From Bdellovibrio sp. (lineage in GTDB: Bacteria > Bdellovibrionota > Bdellovibrionia > Bdellovibrionales > Bdellovibrionaceae): DNA of 64,000 nucleotides. Below, one piece after another: positions 30,077 through 39,946 of the stretch. The position numbers and the translations under genes are program-made. Positions within the stretch are counted from its first letter, which is position 1; the number at the start of each line of letters is the position of its first letter. The DNA lies in the NCBI GenBank assembly GCA_036676395.1, contig JAKFCY010000002.1:832001-896000 (forward strand), written 5' to 3'. The notes under the pieces are model-generated. The model did not search any database, had not been told where the DNA came from, and saw only the letters and a list, made by a program, of their open reading frames with translations.

Positions 30077-32779
30077 TTGAAATACGATCAGCGTCCAGAT
30101 CCAGATGCACTTTTGAGTGCCGTCGATGAATTAGAAAAAAGACGTCACGAGGGGCGATTGCGTATTTTTTTAGGAATGTCTGCGGGAGTAGGTAAGACTT
30201 ATGCCATGCTTCGCGCAGCTCATCAAAGACTGCGCGAAGGTATTGATGTTGTCGTCGGTATTGTCGAAACGCACGGTCGTTCAGAAACCTTAGAATTAAC
30301 CGAAGGACTGCCTCATATTTCCCGCAAAAAAATTCATTATCGCGGAGCCGATCTTGAAGAGTTAGATATTGATGAAATTTTACGTCGTAAGCCAGAACTT
30401 GTGATCGTCGATGAATTAGCCCACACAAATGCGCCTGGATCACGCCATGCTAAAAGATACCAAGACGTTATAGAAATATTAGAAGCTGGTATTGATGTGT
30501 ATACAGCTTTTAATGTGCAGCACTTAGAAAGCCGTAAAGACGCTGTTGAAGCGATTACCGGAATTCCCATTCGCGAAACTGTACCAGATAGCATTTTAGA
30601 AAAAGCCACATTAGTTGAATTAGTTGATATTGCTCCTTCTGAATTATTAAAACGCCTTAAAGAAGGTAAAGTTTATTTGGGTGACAAGGCTGAGAGAGCC
30701 ACACAAAATTTTTTCAAAGAAGATAAATTAACGGCCTTACGTGAAATTGCTCTGCGGATGACAGCTGAGCGTGTTGATCAAGATTTGCAAAAATTTGTCA
30801 GCATCAGAGCTGAAGGTAATCCTTGGCAAACGAATGAGCGCTTATTAGTGGCGATCAGTCACAGCCCGTATTCAGAAAAGCTGATTCGCGCAACTCGCAG
30901 GTTAGCTTATAATTTAGAAGCTCCATGGATTGCACTTCATGTCGATACCGGAATTACCTTAAATGACAACGATCAGGCACAACTTGTAAAAAACTTAAAC
31001 TTAGCCCGTGAATTAAAAGCAGAAGTTATCACGACAACAGAAGTTGATGTGCCCTCGGCAGTCAGCCGTGTGTGTCGGCAAAAAAATGTGACTCAAGTTG
31101 TTGTCGGAAGGCCTACGCGACGATGGTTTCGTGACCTGATAGAAAAAGGAAATCTTTTAGAAGGTTTAATTCGCGAAAGTTTAGAAGTTGATGTGCATGT
31201 GATTCGTCAAGAGGGCGAGTCTACGGCTAGGCCGAGTCTGCTTGATGAAGTATCGTATTATCGTTCTAAAACTGGTCCGGTGAAATACTGGTACACATTG
31301 TGGTTTGTCGTTGCGGTAAGCTTACTAGGTCTTCTGATGGAAGGTTTTATCGGCTACCGAGCCGTCGGATTCTTTTTTCTGTTGGCCGTGGTTATTGTAA
31401 GTATGTTTGGTTCTATTGGTGCCGTAGTTTTGGCCGCCTCGCTGAGTACAGTGATTTGGAATTACTTTTATATTCCGCCAAAATTTACTTTTTTTATCAG
31501 TAACACAGAAGATATCTTGATGTGTTTTGCTTTTTTTATTGTGGCCTTGATTACGGGATTTTTAACCAACCGCACACGCTATCATGAACGCGTCATTCGC
31601 GAACGTGAAGAGCGCACAAATGTGCTGTATGAAATTTTACAGGATATTTCGGCCGCTTCAGAAAAATCAGAATTCTTAAATAAAACTACAGCTCGGGTCG
31701 GAAAACTTTTGGATGCAGAATGTGGTGTGATTCTGAAGTCTGTCAGTGGTATTCTGGAGTTCGACGAGACAAAACCATATTATCTAGAACTAAGCCCCAA
31801 AGACTGCGCCGTTGCCCAGTGGTGCTTTGAGCATGATAAAGCGGCAGGCTGGTCAACAGAAACACTTTCGCAGGCTGAAGCTTTATTTCTGCCTTTAAAA
31901 GGTGATTCTGAAATTGTCGGTGTTTTTGTATTTAAGCCAGTTCGCAAAGTAAGAAAATTAGATTTAGAAAAAGAAACTTTATTAATCTCAGTCGTGCGTC
32001 AGCTCGGGGTTGCTATTCAGCGCCACTTTTTATCGCGCAGACTTGCAGAAGCACAACGTTTAAAAGATTCAGAAAAACTACATCAAACGTTATTAAATTC
32101 TATTTCTCATGAAATGCGTACACCTTTGACCGCAATTTTAGGAGCGGCATCTGCATTAGAACAACAAAAAGTGGCTAATGATCCTGCTTATGTTCTAAGT
32201 GTAGCCGAAGGTTTACATGAAGCTGCAGATCGTCTTAATCGTGTGATCGAAAACTTATTAGATATGAGTCGATTAAGTTCGGGCGTGTTATCATTGAAAT
32301 TAGAGTGGCATGATATTAATGATTTATTAAGCGTGGTCGTTAAAAAACTAGAAAAGCCCTTAGCAAAGCATAAAATAAATATTCACTTTTTAAATGAAGT
32401 CGTGCTTTTAAAAATGGATTTTCGTCTTATGGATCACGCGCTGGCGAATATTATTTTAAATGCGGCCATCTACACACCGGCTGGATCTGAAATCAATATC
32501 AGTTTGAAAAAGTTAGAATCTGAATTTGTCATTAGTATTGAAGACAACGGTGCTGGAATTCCAGAAGACTCATTGTCTAAAATATTTGATAAATTCTACC
32601 GCGTGCCTGGCAGTCCAACAGGCGGAACTGGTTTAGGGCTTTCGATTGTGAAAAGCATTATTGAATTACACCGCGGCGAAATTTATGTGGCTAATCTAAA
32701 TCCGCACGGAGCTAAATTCACCATCACTCTGCCATTAGAAGACCAGCCAGCTATTCCAAAAGAAGGTTTAAATGGATAA
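30077..32779 (+). CDS. kdpD: Sensor histidine kinase KdpD
   Basis: GVGKTYAML, VDELAHTN, Usp domain, TMs, SHEMRTPL. TTG start after AGGAG. Confidence 0.97.
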   Translation: MKYDQRPDPDALLSAVDELEKRRHEGRLRIFLGMSAGVGKTYAMLRAAHQRLREGIDVVVGIVETHGRSETLELTEGLPHISRKKIHYRGADLEELDIDEILRRKPELVIVDELAHTNAPGSRHAKRYQDVIEILEAGIDVYTAFNVQHLESRKDAVEAITGIPIRETVPDSILEKATLVELVDIAPSELLKRLKEGKVYLGDKAERATQNFFKEDKLTALREIALRMTAERVDQDLQKFVSIRAEGNPWQTNERLLVAISHSPYSEKLIRATRRLAYNLEAPWIALHVDTGITLNDNDQAQLVKNLNLARELKAEVITTTEVDVPSAVSRVCRQKNVTQVVVGRPTRRWFRDLIEKGNLLEGLIRESLEVDVHVIRQEGESTARPSLLDEVSYYRSKTGPVKYWYTLWFVVAVSLLGLLMEGFIGYRAVGFFFLLAVVIVSMFGSIGAVVLAASLSTVIWNYFYIPPKFTFFISNTEDILMCFAFFIVALITGFLTNRTRYHERVIREREERTNVLYEILQDISAASEKSEFLNKTTARVGKLLDAECGVILKSVSGILEFDETKPYYLELSPKDCAVAQWCFEHDKAAGWSTETLSQAEALFLPLKGDSEIVGVFVFKPVRKVRKLDLEKETLLISVVRQLGVAIQRHFLSRRLAEAQRLKDSEKLHQTLLNSISHEMRTPLTAILGAASALEQQKVANDPAYVLSVAEGLHEAADRLNRVIENLLDMSRLSSGVLSLKLEWHDINDLLSVVVKKLEKPLAKHKINIHFLNEVVLLKMDFRLMDHALANIILNAAIYTPAGSEINISLKKLESEFVISIEDNGAGIPEDSLSKIFDKFYRVPGSPTGGTGLGLSIVKSIIELHRGEIYVANLNPHGAKFTITLPLEDQPAIPKEGLNG

Positions 32780-33455
32780 AGAGATTCGCGTTTTAATTAT
32801 TGATGACGAACAGGCTATTCGTAATGTTTTAAAAATGCACTTAGAAGCAAACAATTATAAAATCAGCGAAGCTGTTGATGGGAAAACTGGTGTTCAGCGT
32901 ATTAATGAATTTCATCCGCATTTAGTTTTATTAGATTTAGGATTACCAGATATCAGTGGTTTGGATTTGTTAAAAGAAGTACGCAAATGGTCGCGTGTGC
33001 CGATTATCATTTTAACAGTCAGTGATGATGAGCAAACTAAAGTTAGTCTGTTGGATGCAGGTGCTGATGATTATTTAACAAAACCTTTTGGTGCCAAAGA
33101 ATTGTTGGCTCGTGTGCGGGTGGCTTTAAGAAATGTAGGGCTAATCGAGGCCACACCGGTTTTTAAATCTGATGAACTTGAAGTGGATTTGACATCTAAA
33201 AAAGTTTTAATGAAGGGTAAAGAAATTCACCTGACGTCAACTGAATATGAACTTTTAGCTCGCTTAGTTCGGGATCACGGTAAAGTGATTCCCCAGATGC
33301 AATTGCTAAAACAAATCTGGGGGCGCACTAGTACAGAAGATCAAAGTCACTACTTACGTATTTATATCAATCAATTACGAAAAAAGATTGAAACAAATCC
33401 CTCCGAGCCAAAACATATTCTGACAGAGCCAGGTGTAGGCTATCGGCTTATTTAA
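32772..33455 (+). CDS. kdpE: Response regulator KdpE
   Basis: LDLGLPD, YLRIYINQLRKKIE..PSEP..ILTEPGVGYR. Confidence 0.96.
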   Translation: MDKEIRVLIIDDEQAIRNVLKMHLEANNYKISEAVDGKTGVQRINEFHPHLVLLDLGLPDISGLDLLKEVRKWSRVPIIILTVSDDEQTKVSLLDAGADDYLTKPFGAKELLARVRVALRNVGLIEATPVFKSDELEVDLTSKKVLMKGKEIHLTSTEYELLARLVRDHGKVIPQMQLLKQIWGRTSTEDQSHYLRIYINQLRKKIETNPSEPKHILTEPGVGYRLI

Positions 33456-33504
33456 ATGCAGTTCATGATAAGTTAAAGTAATGATCAAATTGAGACAACG
33501 AAGT

Positions 33505-33531
33505 TAAGTAAATGTTAAATAATACCGATAA
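33505..33531 (+). promoter_or_regulatory. Sigma28 (FliA)-type promoter
   Basis: TAAG-N15-ACCGATAA, 6 nt before ATG 33538. Confidence 0.6.
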
Positions 33532-33537
33532 GTAGGT

Positions 33538-35205
33538 ATGCATTTTAGACTGAATTTAGTTCTTCTAATGATGTCATCTATATTCTTAATACAGTGTTCA
33601 GGTCAAAAACTTGATCTGTCAGGTGCTTCAAACTTAGGAGAAACAATTGTAGACGATGGCTCACGCGCCGATGGCAGCGATCTTGGTGCTATTTACAACG
33701 TAACAACCGTGGTGCAGGCCACGTCGGATATTCCAGAATGGTCTGATGCTGAATTGCCTTTTGCGCCCCCTTCGCGCGCCCGCCAAGCCCTGGGGCAAAA
33801 TTTTTCCGACACCCAGACGCCATTTAAATTTACTTACACGTACCCTGCGAATAATTACAAATTAAATACGGCGCACATCTTAATTGATACATCCCGAGAT
33901 AATTCAGACACTGAAGGGATTTTTGTCGACGGGGTTTTTACAGGCCGTGTGCCCGGAAGTATGGTCGGAACAAGCCCGCACATTATTCACAGACATTATG
34001 TGTGCGTGCAGCAAGTCTGTAATGGTGCTACCGCGCCGACCAATCCATCGAATACTTATTTCATGGACTGGTCACTCACACATTACAAACAAAACACCAT
34101 TAATACCTTTGATTTAGATTTAACAGATTTATTAGCGCCAACAAGTTTAACGGCAGTGGGTGTTGTTTCTGATGGCGTACTGCGTGTTGTTACCGGTGAT
34201 GATTCGCCGGTTTATAAAGCCTTGTTAGTTATGGACGGGATTACGATTTCTAAAACTCCGTTAGCGTGCTCGAATTCTCCGACTTATACTTTTTCTAATG
34301 TTTACATTCACAATGATGGCAATAGTATTGCGCAAGCTGCATTTTCTGGTTCAGTGGTCGCACCTAATACTTCGTGGTCAGCGAATCAAGCAGGCTTTCG
34401 TTCTGTCGAATTTTATTTTGATCCAAAGCTTCCGAATGTAAGTTCGTTGGATTTTATCACAATTTCATCAGCAACAGTAAGTTTACGAGTAAAGAGGCAA
34501 GCCTCAAGTACAGCAGCAATTGTTGTTAATGGTGTTGGTATTGCACAAGCAGGTTTTGATCGCAGCACAGCCACTGTGGGCGTTGAACGTTGGATAGAAA
34601 CTGCGCCAGCCATTGATGCGTGGACTAACTTTGTAAATGCAATTCCTGCAACTAATACAGATACAACAGTCACATTAAATTTGGTTCAGATTTTTGGCGT
34701 GAGCGAAATGAAAAATTTAATAGCGCAAGGAAAGTTAAATATTTCTTTGGCCGGAAGCATGGCAACAGCGTATGGCCAAGCTGCGACTTCGGGGCGCACC
34801 TACAGTGTTACAGTTGCAGGCCCAGAACTTACCTTGTCTGGATCTTTTTACACCGAAATTTGTGCTGTGCCAGATAACCCGACTTCGCCCCTTAGTGATG
34901 ATGGCGAAGTGCCAACAGGTTTAGATCAGGCTAGCCCGATCGTGACGTCAATTCAGGTTGTGAACATCACGCAAAATTCGGCCACGATCCAGTGGTTAAC
35001 CAATGAACCAGCAACAACACAAGTGGGTTATGGTATTGGTAATACAGACACTAATACAACACTAGATTCATCGTTATCTACTTTTCACAGCGTGACGATC
35101 ACCGGATTAAGCGCCTACAAATTTTATACTTATGTCGTTAAATCACAAGATGGCAGCAGCAATTTAACTATTTCTAGTGCTAAAGTTTTTAGGACACAAC
35201 GATAA
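33538..35205 (+). CDS. Surface lipoprotein with C-terminal fibronectin type III-like domain
   Basis: Lipobox LIQC; SATIQWLTNEPATTQVGYG...HSVTITGL...Y.Y.VKSQD FN3 pattern. Confidence 0.75.
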   Translation: MHFRLNLVLLMMSSIFLIQCSGQKLDLSGASNLGETIVDDGSRADGSDLGAIYNVTTVVQATSDIPEWSDAELPFAPPSRARQALGQNFSDTQTPFKFTYTYPANNYKLNTAHILIDTSRDNSDTEGIFVDGVFTGRVPGSMVGTSPHIIHRHYVCVQQVCNGATAPTNPSNTYFMDWSLTHYKQNTINTFDLDLTDLLAPTSLTAVGVVSDGVLRVVTGDDSPVYKALLVMDGITISKTPLACSNSPTYTFSNVYIHNDGNSIAQAAFSGSVVAPNTSWSANQAGFRSVEFYFDPKLPNVSSLDFITISSATVSLRVKRQASSTAAIVVNGVGIAQAGFDRSTATVGVERWIETAPAIDAWTNFVNAIPATNTDTTVTLNLVQIFGVSEMKNLIAQGKLNISLAGSMATAYGQAATSGRTYSVTVAGPELTLSGSFYTEICAVPDNPTSPLSDDGEVPTGLDQASPIVTSIQVVNITQNSATIQWLTNEPATTQVGYGIGNTDTNTTLDSSLSTFHSVTITGLSAYKFYTYVVKSQDGSSNLTISSAKVFRTQR

Positions 35206-35741
35206 TGAAAACAGCTAATTATTTTTTCGTTTTAATATTAAGTTTATTTATTTCAGGCACAGCCTTTGCGCAAGCTAAGCGAGTCTATCGTACTTCACTT
35301 AGTTTGATTCCTTTGACGACGTCAACCAAACAAGCGGGCAATGGCCCTGAGGGCAGCACGATAATGAGCCAATTTGAATTTGGTGTTCACCAGCCTTTTT
35401 GGGGTTATGGCCTTTTCTATCAGTATGACCAGCATGGCGATTTTCAAAAAGATTTAGGCCTTGGCTTAAAATTAGAAGCTACTTATAAAGCGATGTATGT
35501 GGATGTAGGTTATCTTTTAAATGTGCAAAGAGTTTACGATGACCGCACTTATGAAAAAGAAACCGGTGATGGCTATTATTTCGGGCTAGGTGCACGAGTA
35601 GAATTAGGTAAAAATTATTTCTTTAATTTAACTTATAAATACCGCGTGCATAATATTAAAAAACAAGACGACACTTCATTGTCAGATCCCATTGTACAGA
35701 CTGATTCTTATCCGCTGTTAGGCTTGGGAGTCAGTTTCTGA
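35205..35741 (+). CDS. Predicted outer-membrane beta-barrel protein
   Basis: Signal peptide, Tyr/Gly-rich amphipathic strands, terminal LGLGVSF. Confidence 0.7.
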   Translation: MKTANYFFVLILSLFISGTAFAQAKRVYRTSLSLIPLTTSTKQAGNGPEGSTIMSQFEFGVHQPFWGYGLFYQYDQHGDFQKDLGLGLKLEATYKAMYVDVGYLLNVQRVYDDRTYEKETGDGYYFGLGARVELGKNYFFNLTYKYRVHNIKKQDDTSLSDPIVQTDSYPLLGLGVSF

Positions 35742-36559
35742 GAAACATAATTCTTGCAGTTTTATTTTTGAGTACTTTAAGTTGTGGCAAAAGACCGGCA
35801 GAGCTTTTACGTTTGCAGCAAGCTTATCCCGAAGACTTTCCAATTTATGCGACAGTCGGTGATGGCACCGGACGAATTTGGCAGATTGATCGCGACGGAA
35901 CCAAAACTGAATTTGTATCGGGATTAAGTGATCCGCAAGGTCTTGCCACTGATGGTAAAGGAAATCTCTTTGTGGTTGAGCAGGGGGCTTCGCGATTACT
36001 GCGTTTTGATATTGCCAGTAAAGCACAAACCGTTGTGGCCTCGGGGCTTTCAGTTCCAACCAGCGTGTCTATTGATTCTAAAGGCGAAGTTTATGTCAAT
36101 GAAGAAGGGGCAAATCGAATTCAGAAAATTTCTGACGCTTCAACGTTTGCCAGTTTTTCGAGTGCACCATCAGCTTTTATTTTTGGTCTCGGTGATCAGC
36201 CGATAATTGGTTTTTTTAATTTGAACAGCACGCAGTGGGGATTAGATGGGGCCACGCAGTTTAGCATTCAAAAACCGATTGCCATGGCTAAAGATATATT
36301 AGGCCGAGTTTATGTTTCGGAAGGAACAGATTCTGGCTCACGTATTATTCGCATTGGCCCAACACAAAGTGATAGCACTGAAGTGGTGGTTAATGGTTTA
36401 AATGGAGCTTTTGGTGTGATTATTGATCGCAGCGGAAATCTGTTTGTGGCCGAGACCGCTGAATCGCGTATTGTATTCGTGACACAAAATAATCAACTGT
36501 ATAAATTTGTCGATTTAACCGCGCCACTGTATATGACAATGACGCGTGTTCTTGAGTAA
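35738..36559 (+). CDS. NHL/SMP-30-like beta-propeller lipoprotein (probable CTG start)
   Basis: Repeats PQGLATDGKGNLFV, PTSVSIDSKGEVYV, IIDRSGNLFV. In-frame signal peptide RNIILAVLFLSTLSC begins at CTG 35738. Confidence 0.75.
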   Translation: MRNIILAVLFLSTLSCGKRPAELLRLQQAYPEDFPIYATVGDGTGRIWQIDRDGTKTEFVSGLSDPQGLATDGKGNLFVVEQGASRLLRFDIASKAQTVVASGLSVPTSVSIDSKGEVYVNEEGANRIQKISDASTFASFSSAPSAFIFGLGDQPIIGFFNLNSTQWGLDGATQFSIQKPIAMAKDILGRVYVSEGTDSGSRIIRIGPTQSDSTEVVVNGLNGAFGVIIDRSGNLFVAETAESRIVFVTQNNQLYKFVDLTAPLYMTMTRVLE

Positions 36560-37702
36560 CTAGACTCTCATCATAGTTTCATTTGAAAATTTGTTACGCT
36601 TGTAAGGCAAAGAACTCATCAGAGTTTTAATCTCTAAGTCTTTCATATCTTCGAAAGTTTGATCCCAGGATTTACTATCTAAATAGTCATCAACTTTTTT
36701 AAGCCACTCTGGGTTTTGTTTGGTTTTCATGACTTCTTCACAAGCCGCTAAAAAACAAGTCGCGGTCCTTGCCGTTTTTACTAAACCTAGAGGTTCATAC
36801 GTTTCAATAAGAATATCTTGCGGCGTTGCGACCACCGGGCGGCCTGTGGCTAAGTACTCATACATCTGGGTGGTTGTGTTCGTGTTTTTATCTTCTTTGT
36901 AGGGCGCGATAGTGACATCCCAACCGGCAAAATAATGCGGAAGGTATTTGTAATCTTTGCGACCAAAGAAATAAATATTTGGTCTGCGCGGAAGATCATT
37001 GTAACAACTGCCAACCATTGGGCCGACTAAAATAATATTCCAGCTCGGGCGGTAATCTGCCAGGTCAGTGAGTAAATCAAAATTAAGCTGATTGCTGATT
37101 TCTCCGCAAAATCCAAGTTTTGGTCCTGAAATCTTTTTCTGATCCAGGGGTTCATTCACAAGCCGCGCTTGACGAAAGTGTGCCAGATCAATGCTGTTTG
37201 GAAAATTATGTATATTGTGATGTTGGCTTTTTCTATGCGAGTAAAGTTTTTCATTCGCGGCAAAAACCAAATCTGCTTTTTCTAAAAGTTCGATTTCATG
37301 AATCGATAATTCTGAAGGTTTTTCAGAATTGGTTTCTTTAACGCAATCATAAATCGTACTGATCGGTGATAGGTGGCGACTATAATTAATAGCATCAGCT
37401 GAATCATACCTTACTGAAAAATTAATAATAAATTCATCTTCGATAAGGTCATCGACCACGCGTTTCATCGCTTCAGTGACTTCCTTAGAGGTCAGATCTG
37501 CTGGCAATACGGGTTTGATCACTTCAACGCCGTTTTCAACAAAGACTTTGCGATAACTGATTTGAGTCGTGTCTGTAAAAAGTGGCTCTTCAACAAAAAA
37601 GACTCGGCGATATTTTGCATATCTTGAAAGTAAATGTTGCGTACGTTGATAAACAAAGCCCCAGCGAGTTTGAGAAAATGCTAACAGATCATTCTTAATC
37701 AT
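36560..37702 (-). CDS. GT-B glycosyltransferase (GT4-like)
   Basis: RWGFVYQR.QHL, VFFVEEP, YEYLATGRPVVATP. Confidence 0.85.
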   Translation of the reverse strand: MIKNDLLAFSQTRWGFVYQRTQHLLSRYAKYRRVFFVEEPLFTDTTQISYRKVFVENGVEVIKPVLPADLTSKEVTEAMKRVVDDLIEDEFIINFSVRYDSADAINYSRHLSPISTIYDCVKETNSEKPSELSIHEIELLEKADLVFAANEKLYSHRKSQHHNIHNFPNSIDLAHFRQARLVNEPLDQKKISGPKLGFCGEISNQLNFDLLTDLADYRPSWNIILVGPMVGSCYNDLPRRPNIYFFGRKDYKYLPHYFAGWDVTIAPYKEDKNTNTTTQMYEYLATGRPVVATPQDILIETYEPLGLVKTARTATCFLAACEEVMKTKQNPEWLKKVDDYLDSKSWDQTFEDMKDLEIKTLMSSLPYKRNKFSNETMMRV

Positions 37703-37746
37703 AATGTATCCCCCAATTAAAACGAACAAGTGATGTGGGGTGATTT

Positions 37747-37761
37747 GCACTATAAATGCCA
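37747..37761 (-). promoter_or_regulatory. Sigma54-type promoter
   Basis: Minus strand TGGCATTTATAGTGC (GG-N10-GC) upstream of the glycosyltransferase gene. Confidence 0.5.
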
Positions 37762-37848
37762 ATAAGAATCGGCTTTGTAGCGGTTACGAAAAATCTATTC
37801 GGGGTGAATTCGGCATTCTGATACCAGAATGCCCCAAGCTAAAGATTG

Positions 37849-39843
37849 TTAGTGCGTTTGGATGAGTGTTCCGTTTTTAAGAATAAGTTCTTCTAAGTTA
37901 TACGGAGAACCATCTTCTTTTAAGAAGTTTCTTAAGTTGTATGAACGATCTAAGATATAGTTGTTTTGATCGATAATGTATTTAAATAAATTAATGCGAT
38001 TAAAACTTTCTTCTGATGGGTATTTTTGTACGCCTGAACCCATCTCGTGACCCGAGAAAGAAAACTGCACTAAAATACATTCGGGTACCGTTTCTTCGTT
38101 AATCACGTTAGCAAAGATCGCTAAACCATAGTCTCCGAACAGATCATTTTTAAGAGATAACTGATCAAAAAGTTTAAACTTATCATTTAAAGGAACTCCG
38201 GCGCTAAAAATGTAAGTTAAGCTGTTAATGATTTCATGTCTTTCTTTTTTGTCGACTTTATTTTGTAGTGATTTAATAGCGCTAAATAATTTATCTACTC
38301 GCTGTTCGATCATATCGCGGCTAAGATTTTGATTTAATTCAAAAATTTTATTAGTCACATAAAGTTCAAAGTTAACATATGAATTGTGATATTTATCACG
38401 CACAGATTTGCCTTCATGCGGAAACTTAATCACATTTTTAATAGCTTTTGGCATGTGTTGGCCAGTGGTCTCGTAAAATTCTAAATATTTTTTCTGGCGA
38501 AGGCTATAGTGTCTGCGCGATTTTGAAAAGTGAACGCCGACAACGCTTGTTTTGTTGTCTTGGCTATCTGCTTTAAATAATAGATTTAATTGTGAACGTT
38601 TTTCTTTTTCCCAGTTGTCAAAAAGGCTGAATTCGCTGTTTTTACCTACAGAATGTAAGAAATAGTTTTCTTTATCGTCTGCTTGATCACCAACAACTGC
38701 GATTTGGGCGTCAGATGAGTTATTGTTTCTTGTGTATTTAACTAAACGAATTAGGTTAAACGTGCTTGAGCTTTCATCTGCTTCTGTATGGTTTTCAGCG
38801 TTGATGATTTTGATCACGCGTTTTTTATTATCGGCTAAGTTTTTATCTGCGGCTGCGATTGCGTTAAATTGCGAAAGATCAGCAAATAGATTCTCATTAA
38901 ACTGACGGCGGTCTTTTAAGAATTGTGATGCTGAAATATATTCGCGCACTAAATCTACATTAAAGATTTTCATTTTTTGCGCAACGATAGAATCATAAAG
39001 ATTACGCGCATCTGTAGAATCAAGATTTAAAACATAATCACCTAAGTAAAGATCGGTCGTGCGATCAGTGGTAGATCCTGTAAAGATACGGTCATCTAAT
39101 AGTTTTTCAACAACCAGTGAAGTCACCGGATCGTGAGTAAATAATTTAACACCGGCAAACCAACCGCGGTTTTTATCGTTCACGGCGATGATTTTTAAAC
39201 GGATCAAGTTATCGCTCATGCGAAAGATCTGAATGTCAAATTCGCCATTAATAAAATAGCGGTAGCCTGCATTTAACGGAAGACTTGCGCCTAAGGTTTT
39301 TAAAATATTGGCACTGGCTTCAAATACAAGCGGAATACGGTAACCGATAAAATCGCCAGTTTTAAAAACTAATTGGCCATTATCACGGCGAAAGAAATCC
39401 TGCGCTGAACGCGGAATTTTTGTTACCGGATCATACGGTAAGCGCAATAAAGAGTCTTTACGGTTTTTAAATTGCTGAATATAAGTGATTTGCTTTTTAG
39501 CACTCACGCCAACATGCACAGGCAGATCGTAATTAAAAATGCGTGAATCAATACCGGCTTTGACTTCCCAGATATCAATACCTGAGTAGTTTTGTGCGAC
39601 AGATGGATTAGAAATAAATTTATATTGTCCGCCAATTTCGATACCGTGAAATAACTCAATTGAAGGAAGGTTTACTTTCTGAGTTAATTTTGAACTGCGG
39701 ATAGAATCTAAAAAATCAGCCCAGATACCATCATTTTTTTTAACTTCGGTTTTGCTGACATCTGCATTTTGCGCAAAAGCTATATTGGCCGTTAAAAGTA
39801 AGGCAGCTGTAAAAGCTTTAAACATGTTCTGGGTCTGTTTCAT
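37849..39843 (-). CDS. Large secreted hypothetical protein
   Basis: 664-aa ORF with signal peptide ..AFA and SD AAGGA; no family recognised. Confidence 0.75.
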   Translation of the reverse strand: MKQTQNMFKAFTAALLLTANIAFAQNADVSKTEVKKNDGIWADFLDSIRSSKLTQKVNLPSIELFHGIEIGGQYKFISNPSVAQNYSGIDIWEVKAGIDSRIFNYDLPVHVGVSAKKQITYIQQFKNRKDSLLRLPYDPVTKIPRSAQDFFRRDNGQLVFKTGDFIGYRIPLVFEASANILKTLGASLPLNAGYRYFINGEFDIQIFRMSDNLIRLKIIAVNDKNRGWFAGVKLFTHDPVTSLVVEKLLDDRIFTGSTTDRTTDLYLGDYVLNLDSTDARNLYDSIVAQKMKIFNVDLVREYISASQFLKDRRQFNENLFADLSQFNAIAAADKNLADNKKRVIKIINAENHTEADESSSTFNLIRLVKYTRNNNSSDAQIAVVGDQADDKENYFLHSVGKNSEFSLFDNWEKEKRSQLNLLFKADSQDNKTSVVGVHFSKSRRHYSLRQKKYLEFYETTGQHMPKAIKNVIKFPHEGKSVRDKYHNSYVNFELYVTNKIFELNQNLSRDMIEQRVDKLFSAIKSLQNKVDKKERHEIINSLTYIFSAGVPLNDKFKLFDQLSLKNDLFGDYGLAIFANVINEETVPECILVQFSFSGHEMGSGVQKYPSEESFNRINLFKYIIDQNNYILDRSYNLRNFLKEDGSPYNLEELILKNGTLIQTH

Positions 39844-39946
39844 ACGTATATCCTTTTTAAAATAGGGATTTATTCACATTTTATTAAAATGCGATAAATA
39901 GACCAAGATCCGTTGACATATGTAAATTATATGTAAATATAGAGGG

